Assembly (NCBI GenBank): GCA_029856435.1
Contig: JAHQXB010000150.1
Span: forward strand, 1-23,535
Reading direction: 5' to 3'
Length of the DNA stretch: 23,535 nt
From: Candidatus Jordarchaeia archaeon
GTDB taxonomy: Archaea; Asgardarchaeota; Jordiarchaeia; Jordiarchaeales; Jordiarchaeaceae
Shown here: positions 1-8,520 of the stretch, piece by piece
Numbering within the stretch: the stretch's first letter is position 1
Layout: each line of letters starts with the position of its first letter
Notes under the pieces: generated by a model
The model's database searches: none
What the model was told of the DNA's origin: nothing
What the model saw: the letters and a program-made list of their open reading frames with translations, nothing else
Translations under genes and position numbers: made by a program

Positions 1-124
1 TATTCAGTATGTCGATGGCCGAAATTTTTTTGGCAAGCGCCTGCCTGGCGAGGTCTGCTGCGAGCAAGTCGTCACCTTCAACGAGTGCCTGGGATAGTCT
101 CTCAAGTAGCTCCTTCTCCGACAT
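1..124 (-). CDS. Corrinoid (cobalamin-binding) protein, MtaC/MttC-like; N-terminal cap domain only, running off the left edge
   Basis: Absent from the ORF track. The reverse complement reads GGAGG-7 nt-ATG(124) and translates to MSEKELLERLSQALVEGDDLLAADLARQALAKKISAIDILN..., open to position 1. This matches the B12-binding cap pattern (L..L..A..EGD...A..LA..AL...I.A.DI.N) of methyltransferase corrinoid proteins. An alternative ATG lies at 130. Confidence 0.85.
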   Translation of the reverse strand, partial: MSEKELLERLSQALVEGDDLLAADLARQALAKKISAIDILN

Positions 125-187
125 AAGCATCCCTCCAAGGTCTTGTATCCCTATGGGGAATATTTTCTTTTAATTTAGTTTTTCTTT

Positions 188-195
188 TATATAAA
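188..195 (-). promoter_or_regulatory. Putative archaeal TATA box for the corrinoid protein gene
   Basis: TTTATATA on the minus strand, preceded by a purine-rich AAAGTAAAG, about 65 nt upstream of the ATG at 124. The surrounding spacer is very AT-rich, so specificity is limited. Confidence 0.35.
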
Positions 196-374
196 CTTTA
201 CTTTGTATAACAATTTTTATTTTTTTAACTCTTTGGCTTGTTTTTATGAATTTTTATAATTTTACATTGTTAATTTGATAAATTTTCAATATTTTTACCA
301 ATTTTTGGAAAAAGTAAAATTAGGCTCCAAGAGCATTTGGGTAGCGTTTCGAGGATGTGTAGGTTTTTGTTTTT

Positions 375-3300
375 TCATTTCTCTTCGGCTTCTTGTTTTT
401 CTTTGATGGTTTTTTCTTTTCCCACTATTATTTCGTCTATTCTGAGGATGGTTTCTGCTGTTTCGTTTGCTGATTTTATGATTTGTTTTTTGAGGCTTAG
501 GGGTTCTAGGATTCCCATGTTTTTTGTGTCTGCTAGTTTTCCTTGCTGGGTTATTCCTATCCACCTGTTTTTGGGGTCTTGGTGTAGGGTTCTGAGCTGG
601 GTTAGGGAGTCTGTGGGGTTTAATCCGGCATTTTCGGCTAGGGTTTTGGGTATTGCTTCTAGGGCTTTTGCGTATCTTTCTATGGCTAGTTGTTCTTTTC
701 CGAAAAAGTTCTTTGCGTATCTTTTTATTTCTTTGGCGAGTTCCATTTCTGTTGCTCCGCCTCCTGCCACCACCTTTCCCTCTAAAGTTACTATTTTGAG
801 AATTTTTAGTAGGCTGAGAAGCGTTCCTTCAGCTTCACTTATTATTTCCGGAGTAGCTCCCCTGATTAGAATAGTTGCGCATTTTGAACTTGGGAGTTGG
901 ACAAACACCTTTTTCTTTTCGCCGATTTTTTTCTCCTCTACTACTTTTGCAGTTACAAGATTTTCTTCCTTTAGATCGTTGAGGTCGGTTACGATTTTTC
1001 CATCTGTAGCTTCAGATATCATTTTGAGGTCTATGCTTGGTAATTGTGTGACGGTTAAAATTCCGTATTTGGTGAGGAAGTGCTCTGTTAACTCGTCCAC
1101 GATTTTTGTGGATAACACCACATTGGCTCCAGTATTCTTTATTTTCTCCACCATCTCTTCTGCCAGTTTGTTCAGTGTATCCATGTAGATGTCGTAATTC
1201 TTGGTGTTTTCTATGCGGACTTCCAGTTTTCTTCTGAAATTCTGCTGGGAGACTCTTAACCAGCAATCCAGCAGTGCTATTTTAGCCTGTTCAACCCTTT
1301 TGGGCATCTTGGGATTGACAACTTCTCTTTCCAGGATTACTCCAGAAAAGAGTTCGCTTTCATCTAGGCTTCTGCCCTTCTCTCCCAAAATCTTAATTTT
1401 TCTAAGGTCTATATTTGAGATGTCTTTTTCCCCTGTGAGGATTTCTATTGCCCTAGCCGCCATTTCTGCGAATAGTTCTTTTCTCTCCGGAAGCCTCCCA
1501 CCTATAGTGGTTAGGGCGATTTCCTTCAGAGTTTCTTGATCCTCACTGTTTATGGGTAGAGCCATTAGGTTTAGGAGCTCTAAAGTTTTTTGGGTGGCTT
1601 TTCGGTAACCATTTATTACTACTGTGGGGTGTATTTTTTGGCTCAGTAACTCTTCCGCATTTTTTAGTAATTCTCCCGCAAGGATGACGCTGGCCTTGGT
1701 TCCGTCTCCCAAGTTTTTGCTTTGGGTGTCTGTGAGGTCGACCAGCATTTTTGTCGCGGGGTGTTGAAGGTACATGAAAGCCAAAATTGTTGCTCCATGG
1801 CTAGTATATTTTAGGCTTCCTATATTATCTATGAGGAGCTTATTTCTTCCCCTAGGGCCGAAGCATGGCTTTACAGCGTCGGCTATGATGGTGAAAGTGG
1901 ATATGTTGTTAAGTATGGTTTCGAAGTCTTTTTCATGAGTCTTGACCTCTTTAAGGGGGTGGAGGTATTCCAGCTCTTCAGATTCTTTTTCGGTTAATTT
2001 TTCGGCTGCAATTATATCATTGATTCTGAGAATCGTGGTTGCGGCTTCATATGCGGATTTGAGTGCCTGCGTTTTCACTGATAGGGACTCGTAAACTCCC
2101 AAGGGTTTTAGGTTTTTGGTTTCACCGTCAATAACATCAATTCCCGCATAGATTTCTCCACATTCATGTTTCATTCTCAACTCTGCAGTCTTGGCTAAAA
2201 CGTCGAGCCCCAAATTCTTAGCAAGCAAGGCTGGTAAGGCTTCCAAAGCCTCTGCAAATGCTATGAGCACCAACTGCTCCTTCCCCTCGCTGCGCGCTTT
2301 GTTTCGGATTCTTTTTGAAACTTCAGCTTCTACGGCGCCCCCTCCCACCAATATGGCTGGATTTTCAAAGACTTCTTTTAATACCAAAACTGCATCGCGC
2401 ACTGCCCTCTCTGCCTCATCAAGGGCGCTTTGGGCAGCTCCCCTAAGGAGAACGGTTAAGGCCAGCGGATTTTTACAATCCTCAACAACTATTATTCTTT
2501 CTTCCCCAAATTCTCTCTCCCTAACCACACCCGCGTTTCCCAAATCTTCCAAAACAAGATCATTAATGTCTGCAACTACTTGGGCTCCAGTGGCTGAGGC
2601 AATCTTTTGAATTCTGGATTTTTCCACCCACTCAGCAGCCAGAATCCCCACACTGGCCAGATGGTACTTGACCAGGTCATCTATGCCCTTCTCTGAAAAA
2701 ACCACATTCACTCCCAATTGGGTCAACCTATTGACCATTTGCCTAAGCATACTTTCTTCTTCTTGCAGAAAGTCTATTATCTGCTCTGGCTTTTTCACCA
2801 TGATTTTGGTGTCAAACTCGGTTTTTTCAATTTCCAGAGGGCAGCTTAGCACAGCTATCTTCGCATTTACAACTTTTTTGGGCATCCCTCTATGAGTGAC
2901 CTCTTTATTTACTATTATACCCCTAATCAATTCACTATCTGTGACCACGCCTCCCAACCTTTTCTCAACAGCGATTTTTTTAACATCAACAACAAACTTT
3001 TTGCCAGCCCTTCTTGTAATCTGCGAGACAGCATCCACTACTATTCCCGATAGATGCTCACCCTCTTCATGGTCAAATTTACCAGTTATGACGCTAGTTG
3101 CTACTTTTTTCAAAATTTCCTTTTCAGCTGTGTTGATGGGAATTGCTATCTCTTCTAGAACTTTCAAGGTTTCTCTGAGGGCCACGGAATAGCCCCTAAT
3201 TATGGTTGCAGGGTGAACTCCCATATTAACTAATTTTTCTGCTCCACCCAGCATTTCACTCGCTAGGATGACGATGGTCTTTGTCCCATCCCCAAATTCT

Positions 3301-3575
3301 AAGTCCTGTGTCTTAACTGCGTCCTTAAGGACTCTAACTGCAGGGTGGCCTCCCCCCACTCTGTCCAAAATTGTAAATCCATCCCTTGTCATAGCAACCT
3401 CCCCCTTATCATTTACAATGAGTTTACTCAGACCCATGGGGCCAAATGAACCCTTAATAAAATCTTCTATAGTCCTCACTATTGTAACATTTTCCCGTAT
3501 AGTCGACCATTTTCCCGAAAGATCAGAAGAGTATCCATCTTCCAGCATTTTTAATCCCTTTGCGTGAGGCAGCAT
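375..3575 (-). CDS. Tandem-fused group II chaperonin (thermosome/TCP-1 family), two full domains, 1066 aa
   Basis: Domain 1 (aa ~1-524): SFGPMG, TRDGFTIL, GDGTKT, LLRGA..AERAVRDA, GGGAVE, ILRINDII. Domain 2 (aa ~545-1055): CFGPRG, TSHGATIL, GDGTKA, LIRGA, GGGATE, ILRIDEII. The acidic linker EKLTEKESEELE contains no stop or frameshift. An alternative start ATG lies at 3548. Confidence 0.93.
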   Translation of the reverse strand: MLPHAKGLKMLEDGYSSDLSGKWSTIRENVTIVRTIEDFIKGSFGPMGLSKLIVNDKGEVAMTRDGFTILDRVGGGHPAVRVLKDAVKTQDLEFGDGTKTIVILASEMLGGAEKLVNMGVHPATIIRGYSVALRETLKVLEEIAIPINTAEKEILKKVATSVITGKFDHEEGEHLSGIVVDAVSQITRRAGKKFVVDVKKIAVEKRLGGVVTDSELIRGIIVNKEVTHRGMPKKVVNAKIAVLSCPLEIEKTEFDTKIMVKKPEQIIDFLQEEESMLRQMVNRLTQLGVNVVFSEKGIDDLVKYHLASVGILAAEWVEKSRIQKIASATGAQVVADINDLVLEDLGNAGVVREREFGEERIIVVEDCKNPLALTVLLRGAAQSALDEAERAVRDAVLVLKEVFENPAILVGGGAVEAEVSKRIRNKARSEGKEQLVLIAFAEALEALPALLAKNLGLDVLAKTAELRMKHECGEIYAGIDVIDGETKNLKPLGVYESLSVKTQALKSAYEAATTILRINDIIAAEKLTEKESEELEYLHPLKEVKTHEKDFETILNNISTFTIIADAVKPCFGPRGRNKLLIDNIGSLKYTSHGATILAFMYLQHPATKMLVDLTDTQSKNLGDGTKASVILAGELLKNAEELLSQKIHPTVVINGYRKATQKTLELLNLMALPINSEDQETLKEIALTTIGGRLPERKELFAEMAARAIEILTGEKDISNIDLRKIKILGEKGRSLDESELFSGVILEREVVNPKMPKRVEQAKIALLDCWLRVSQQNFRRKLEVRIENTKNYDIYMDTLNKLAEEMVEKIKNTGANVVLSTKIVDELTEHFLTKYGILTVTQLPSIDLKMISEATDGKIVTDLNDLKEENLVTAKVVEEKKIGEKKKVFVQLPSSKCATILIRGATPEIISEAEGTLLSLLKILKIVTLEGKVVAGGGATEMELAKEIKRYAKNFFGKEQLAIERYAKALEAIPKTLAENAGLNPTDSLTQLRTLHQDPKNRWIGITQQGKLADTKNMGILEPLSLKKQIIKSANETAETILRIDEIIVGKEKTIKEKQEAEEK

Positions 3576-3978
3576 TTTTTTAAACCGTACAGTTTCAAGT
3601 TATGACACATCAAATTTAGACCATACAAGCTAAAATATATTGTTAGCCTTTTTCATCGTATTTCACTACTTAAGGTCTAAAGACTCATTTTTCTACGAAG
3701 GCGCTCTGATTTATGATAAATGCGAAAAATCTTTTTTCCACTACCCAAAAATCTAGGTTCATTTGGTATTTGTTTTTCTGGCCCTTTCCCCATTTTATGT
3801 TTGGATTTTTACACAAAAGTTTGGTAAAAATTATAAGCCAAAATAAACAGAAAATTAGTATTATACCCTCTCGCAAAAACAGAAGTCCAGTACTGAATGT
3901 TAAAAATAGAGGGTGGTTCCACAAAAGTAACCTGTAAGTAAATGAGTTACAGTTGCTTAGAAAGGGAGGTAGTTTGGT

Positions 3979-4902
3979 TTGTATGTTTTTGAGAAGGAAC
4001 AGAAGGTTTGGAACATTAATGGTGTAAAGATAGGTGGTCCGCCGGGGGCTCATCCCACGGTTTTGATTGGAAGCATCTTCTACGATAAGCACAAAATTGT
4101 TTCCGACAGACAGAAGGGAATATTCGACAAGAAAAAGGCAGAAGAGTTAATCAATAAGCAGGACGAGATGGCTGAGAAAACCGGGAACCCTTGCATAGTG
4201 GATATTGTGGGTGACACCGCGGAAGCTCTCATAAAACACATTGACTTTGTGGCCTCAGTGACCAACGCTCCGTTTCTGGTGGACAGCACCATTGCAGCTT
4301 CCCGGCTGGAAGCAATCAAACACGCTGTTGAAGTGGGTCTGGGGGAGAGAGCCATCTACAACTCCATAGATGTGCACTCCAAGGAAGATGAGCTTAACAC
4401 CCTCAAGGAAATCGGTGTAAAGTCTAGCATGTTGCTGGTATTTAGTCCCAAAGCATTGCTGCCCGAAGGTAGAATAGAACTGCTAAAAGGTTCAAGCCAG
4501 GAAAAGGGGTTAATTCAGAAGGCCCAGGAAGCAGGAATACAGAACATTCTTGTGGACACAGCAGTTCTGGATGTTGTGAGCATATCCTTCGCAGCCCAAA
4601 CCATATATTCTGTGAAGAAAGAGTTTGGTCTCCCCGCCGGTTGTGGGCCTTCTAACGCGATTACTGCTTGGAAAAAAATTAAGAAAGACTTTCCACCAGA
4701 ATCCTACAAGGCATGCCTATCCGGCTCCGTGCTGGTAACTGTAATGATGGGAGCTGACTTCGCCCTATACGGGCCAATTGAAGAGGCCACATCGGTTTTC
4801 CCCGCCTGCGCCATGGTCGACGGCCTTATCGCATATTACAACAAAAGAAAGTACAAGATACAGCCAGAATCCCCAACACACCCCTTAACCAAAATATTCT
4901 AA
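3979..4902 (+). CDS. mtrH: MtrH-family methyltransferase (stand-alone MtrH/MtgA-like, methyl-corrinoid:pterin methyltransferase)
   Basis: N-terminus FEKEQKVWNINGVKIGGPPGAHPTVLIGSIFY, plus NPCIVD, PFLVDS, IYNSI, LVDTAV, GLPAGCGPSNA and GADFALYGPIE, all characteristic of the MtrH family. TTG start with GGAGGT 8 nt upstream. No other mtr subunit genes in the window. Confidence 0.9.
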   Translation: MYVFEKEQKVWNINGVKIGGPPGAHPTVLIGSIFYDKHKIVSDRQKGIFDKKKAEELINKQDEMAEKTGNPCIVDIVGDTAEALIKHIDFVASVTNAPFLVDSTIAASRLEAIKHAVEVGLGERAIYNSIDVHSKEDELNTLKEIGVKSSMLLVFSPKALLPEGRIELLKGSSQEKGLIQKAQEAGIQNILVDTAVLDVVSISFAAQTIYSVKKEFGLPAGCGPSNAITAWKKIKKDFPPESYKACLSGSVLVTVMMGADFALYGPIEEATSVFPACAMVDGLIAYYNKRKYKIQPESPTHPLTKIF

Positions 4903-4939
4903 GTCCACTTTCCATGAAAAAAGGGGCGAGGTGGTTGAT

Positions 4940-5296
4940 GTGGGTAAAATTGCTGTTTTACTTTTTACTACACCCTTGCAGTTTCAGAATTCGGACACTG
5001 CGATTGAGTTTATAAAAGCGGCTGTTGAGAAGGGTCACGAGGTTACTGTTATTGGTCTGGGAGACGGCGTTTATAATGCCGTGAAACATTTCATTGTACA
5101 AGATATGCCTTCTCCCGTTGGCAAATTCAAGGAGCTTAGTGAGAGGGGAGTAAAGTTTGTTAACTGCTTCCCTTGCTGCACTGCCCGTGGATTAAAACCG
5201 GAAACAGACTTTATTCCCACTGCAACAATAGAAAGCACCACCACTGTCCTTGAAATCATAAAGGAAGCTGACCGGTTCTTCGCCATTACAATATAG
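4940..5296 (+). CDS. dsrE: DsrE/TusD-family sulfurtransferase subunit
   Basis: KIAVLLFTTP, GHEVTVIGLGDGVYN and VNCFPCCTARG (conserved Cys region). GTG at 4940 follows GAGGTG; the ORF track starts at 4931. Confidence 0.85.
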   Translation: MGKIAVLLFTTPLQFQNSDTAIEFIKAAVEKGHEVTVIGLGDGVYNAVKHFIVQDMPSPVGKFKELSERGVKFVNCFPCCTARGLKPETDFIPTATIESTTTVLEIIKEADRFFAITI

Positions 5297-5311
5297 AGAG
5301 GAGTTGTGAAG

Positions 5312-5668
5312 ATGAGAATATTGTTCATAATTAGGAAACCCCCATTCGGCTGGATTCACATTGTTGAAGCTCTCAGATTGGCAGCTGCAGGAGGCTCTCT
5401 TGCAATTCCAGTCACTCTCCTTTTCATCGATGATGGTGTTTATTGCCCCATGAAGAACCAGTTTCCAAAGGCTATCGGATATTCAGCCATAGACCGATTT
5501 CTGAGAATGCTGCAGAACTTCGAGTCGAAATTATACGTGGTTGGGGAGTCCATGGAAGAGAGAGGACTAACTATGGAGGACTTAAACCCTGCTCTGAATG
5601 TTGAGAGTGTGACTTTAAAAGATGTTGCAAAAATCATTGCGCAAAACGACATTGCCATGACCTTCTGA
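5312..5668 (+). CDS. dsrF: DsrF/TusC-family protein
   Basis: ILFIIRKPPFG..EALRLA, VTLLFIDDGVYC, ESMEERGL. ATG at 5312 lies 8 nt after GAGGAG; the ORF track starts at GTG 5306. Confidence 0.85.
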   Translation: MRILFIIRKPPFGWIHIVEALRLAAAGGSLAIPVTLLFIDDGVYCPMKNQFPKAIGYSAIDRFLRMLQNFESKLYVVGESMEERGLTMEDLNPALNVESVTLKDVAKIIAQNDIAMTF

Positions 5669-5679
5669 GGTGGTTAGAC

Positions 5680-6018
5680 ATGGCAACGCTTATACTGGTA
5701 TCCAAATCTCCCTACATAACGAAGGATAATTTGTACGCCCTTGAAACCTCCCTGAATTTGAAGAAGATGAACGAGGAAGTGGGAGTACTACTAATTCAGG
5801 ACGCGGTGCTCAGTGGCATCCAGGGACAGAGGGGACAAGTAGAAGAACTTTTAAGAAAAAACCTTGAAGTGGGCGTTAACATCTACGCATTGAAACCTGA
5901 TGCCCAAGCCAGAGGAATTCCAGAGGGGAGAATGATAAAAGGCATACAGCTTGTAGACTATGGAGAATGGGTCGACCTCACAATGGAAAAATACCAAAAA
6001 ATTGTAAGTTGGACTTAA
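5680..6018 (+). CDS. dsrH: DsrH/TusB-family protein
   Basis: LILVSKSPY, VLLIQDAV, YALKPDAQARGI, VDYGEWVDL. Third gene of an E-F-H trio, with a GAGGTGG RBS. Confidence 0.85.
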   Translation: MATLILVSKSPYITKDNLYALETSLNLKKMNEEVGVLLIQDAVLSGIQGQRGQVEELLRKNLEVGVNIYALKPDAQARGIPEGRMIKGIQLVDYGEWVDLTMEKYQKIVSWT

Positions 6019-6313
6019 ACTATCATAGAAAATTAATCAAAACAACTCGTCAAGTAGCCATAAATCCCAACCTACAGGGAGCGGTACTATTAAAAGATGC
6101 TCACTATTTCTTTAAATCTTCTAGTTAGTAAAGCTCCTCCACTATCTGTTTCCTTATGTTTCTCCAAATTAAGTGATGGGACTGCTCCTAAACGCCGTCT
6201 CTGCGGCCATCAATGCAAAAAGGAAAAATAGGTGAGTATAAAATTTTGGAGGTAGAGTAGCACGAGTCTAGAAGTTCAAATAAAGACGGTCGCAGTACTG
6301 GGTGAAGTAGAGG

Positions 6314-6739
6314 TTGGAAGCTGTGATTAGAATTCCAAGGGATGTTGCCAATCTTTTTAATAATCCGGAAACAGTAAAGGTTTTGGTGACTTTAAACCAG
6401 CATGGTGTTCCCCACTGTGTGCCTATAAGCTCCCTCTCAATCCCGTCCTCAGACATCATTGCTTTCGCTGTAATCATGGCGGATGAAACCCACAGAAACT
6501 TACTAAACAATCCAGATAAAGTAGTGGCCGCTACTGCTGTGAGGGGGTTCCAGAGTTACCAGATAAAGGCGAAACCCCAAGAATACGTGACTGAAGGGGC
6601 GGCCTTTGATGCCTTCAGGCAAAGATTCGGAGGCATCATTATGGGTTCGGGGCTTGAAATCAAGGGGGTATGGATCTTAAAACCTTTAGAAATCTACGAC
6701 CAATCAATTGGTTCTGATGCGGGAAAAAGAATAGTATAA
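6314..6739 (+). CDS. Pyridoxamine 5'-phosphate oxidase-like FMN-binding split-barrel protein
   Basis: KVLVTLNQHGVPHCVPISS, ETHRNLLNNP, YQIKA and EIYDQSIGSDAGKRI fit the archaeal PNPOx-like family. TTG start with GGTGA 8 nt upstream. Confidence 0.8.
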   Translation: MEAVIRIPRDVANLFNNPETVKVLVTLNQHGVPHCVPISSLSIPSSDIIAFAVIMADETHRNLLNNPDKVVAATAVRGFQSYQIKAKPQEYVTEGAAFDAFRQRFGGIIMGSGLEIKGVWILKPLEIYDQSIGSDAGKRIV

Positions 6740-6799
6740 ATTCAGACTCATTTCCGTGTATTCTAGGCTAATATGAGGATTTGGAAGTTGGAGGTTTTG

Positions 6800-8494
6800 T
6801 TGGGTAAAGACACATCTCCAATATTTAAGCCTGCGTATAGGCAGGAACGCGACTTTAATGTAAAGGTTCTCAAAAGTAACATTATGGTAGCTAGGATAGT
6901 CTCCCATATCATAAGTAACACTATAGGGCCTTATAGTGTGAGCAAAGCAATCCTCAAAAAAGACGGAGAAGTTTTGATAACTGGTGATGCCTTCAGTATA
7001 TTGGGTACTCTCAAGGTGGAGCACCCCATAGCCAAGATTCTGATTGGTATGGCTAAGGCTCAGAACGCCATTGTGGGAGACGGTGTTGCTACCGCAGTAA
7101 TTTTGGCAGGTGAGCTACTTAAAAAGGCAGAAATCCTAATTGACCAAGGGCTTCTTCCCTCAAATATTTCAAAAGGATACGACCTGGCGTTGAAAAGGGC
7201 GGTTCAAAGATTAGAAGAAATAGCTATTCCCATAAGGCTTGATGATGAGGAGATTTTGAGAAGGCTGGCTTACACCGCCATAAACACAAAGGTTATCGGT
7301 TCCCATGAAACAATAAACGATTTCAGCAATATGGCCCTGGAATTAGCCAAATTTGCCTGTGAAAATGAGACTGGAGCAAGGTTAAACCTTGAGGACGTAA
7401 AAATTGTTAAAAAGAGAGGGGGCATCCTAGGAGATTCTAGGGTTGTGGATGGCTATGTTATAGATGATAGAGAAATAGTTCATCCAGATATGCCCAGAAG
7501 AGTTGAGAACGCAAATATTGCTCTAGTGAGAAGCCTAGAATTAAAAGAAATCACTGGGAGTTGGTGGGAAGCAGCGGGAAAAAATATGGAAATACAAGTT
7601 GAAGAACTAGAAGCGCACCAAGCCTTCCTTGAGGAGAGGAGAAATTTAGTTAAACAAATGGTGAGCAAACTGGTTCTGCATGGAGTTAACGTGGTTCTTG
7701 TAAATAGGGGCGTAGATGAAATAACTGAACACTACCTTGCAAGGGCAGGAATTTTGACCGTTAAACGCGTTTTTCTCGAGGACATGAATAGGATTAGTAG
7801 GTTGACTGGAGCGCACATAGTGTCTGACTTGATGAGTGACTACTTGACAGCTGACAGGTTGGGGCGAGCCAAATTGGTGGAGGAATGGATACCATCCGAA
7901 AAAGAAAAATATATCCTGATTACTGGTTGTCCAGGTCGGGGAGCTTCAAGTGTTATTATAAGGGGTGGAAACCAGTACGCCTTGGAAGAAGCCGAAAGAG
8001 GTCTCTATGATGCTCTCCAAGTGGTAAGGAATATTAGGGAAGATCCTCGCATTATTCCGGGTGGAGGGGCTTCAGAGATGGAACTTTCCAAGTGTCTGAA
8101 GGAGTATGCCCAGACATTTAGCGGGAAGGAGCAGCTGGCTATTTTGGCCTTTTCTGAAGCTTTACGAATTGTGCCCCAAACTTTGGCAGACAATGCGGGG
8201 CTAGATTCGCTTAATGCTTTGGCAGATCTTAGGGTGAAACACAGTGAGGGAGTGGTTTGGGCGGGATTAGATGTGAACCGGGGCAAAGTTGATGATATGG
8301 AAAAAGTGGGAATCCTTGAGCCAATAAAGGTGAAGGTTCACGCTCTAAACGCTGCTACAGATGTTGCCCGAATTGTACTACGAATTGATGAAGTGATACC
8401 CGCGAGAGGATTCAAGAAGGAAGAGGAACCCAAGCCTGAAACAGAAAAAAGGGCAGCAGAAGCACTAAAAAAAGTGTACGATTTAGAACTATAA
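6800..8494 (+). CDS. Divergent group II chaperonin (thermosome subunit paralogue)
   Basis: TIGP, TGDAFSIL, GDGVATAVILAGELL, HPDMPRRVENA, IIRGG..AERGLYDA, PGGGASE, VLRIDEVI. Likely TTG start at 6800 after GGAGG (6790-6794); the ORF track starts at 6773. Confidence 0.92.
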   Translation: MGKDTSPIFKPAYRQERDFNVKVLKSNIMVARIVSHIISNTIGPYSVSKAILKKDGEVLITGDAFSILGTLKVEHPIAKILIGMAKAQNAIVGDGVATAVILAGELLKKAEILIDQGLLPSNISKGYDLALKRAVQRLEEIAIPIRLDDEEILRRLAYTAINTKVIGSHETINDFSNMALELAKFACENETGARLNLEDVKIVKKRGGILGDSRVVDGYVIDDREIVHPDMPRRVENANIALVRSLELKEITGSWWEAAGKNMEIQVEELEAHQAFLEERRNLVKQMVSKLVLHGVNVVLVNRGVDEITEHYLARAGILTVKRVFLEDMNRISRLTGAHIVSDLMSDYLTADRLGRAKLVEEWIPSEKEKYILITGCPGRGASSVIIRGGNQYALEEAERGLYDALQVVRNIREDPRIIPGGGASEMELSKCLKEYAQTFSGKEQLAILAFSEALRIVPQTLADNAGLDSLNALADLRVKHSEGVVWAGLDVNRGKVDDMEKVGILEPIKVKVHALNAATDVARIVLRIDEVIPARGFKKEEEPKPETEKRAAEALKKVYDLEL

Positions 8495-8520
8495 AACGAA
8501 ACAAAAAAACAATTTGGGGC

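Noticed and set aside
337-3567. Plus-strand ORFs 337-1188, 1201-1539, 2191-2610, 2668-2895, 2896-3192 and 3268-3567, and minus-strand alternate-frame ORFs 295-564 and 1012-1266
   Set aside because: Antisense or alternate-frame shadows of the well-supported chaperonin gene. They are Ser/Phe-rich or Lys/Arg-rich with no motifs.
3685-4092. ORFs 3685-4092 (-) and 3713-3937 (+) in the divergent promoter region
   Set aside because: AT-rich, low-complexity translations with no motif, overlapping mtrH or its promoter region.
6075-6130. Intergenic frame GAVLLKDAHYF, faintly resembling DsrH GVLLIQDAV
   Set aside because: Too short, with no start codon or RBS; it cannot be distinguished from chance.
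6302-6316. In-frame GTG-AAG-TAG upstream of the PNPOx-like start, considered as possible pyrrolysine read-through given the methyltransferase context
   Set aside because: It would add only a few residues, the GGTGA there works as the RBS for TTG 6314, and no pyl genes or MttB/MtmB are in the window.
6420-6432. 12-nt match (GCCTATAAGCTC) between the predicted tnpB guide and the PNPOx-like gene
   Set aside because: Guide position 1 mismatches, identity stops at position 13, there is no T-rich TAM-like sequence upstream, and the match was found post hoc. Probably chance; recheck once the TAM is known.
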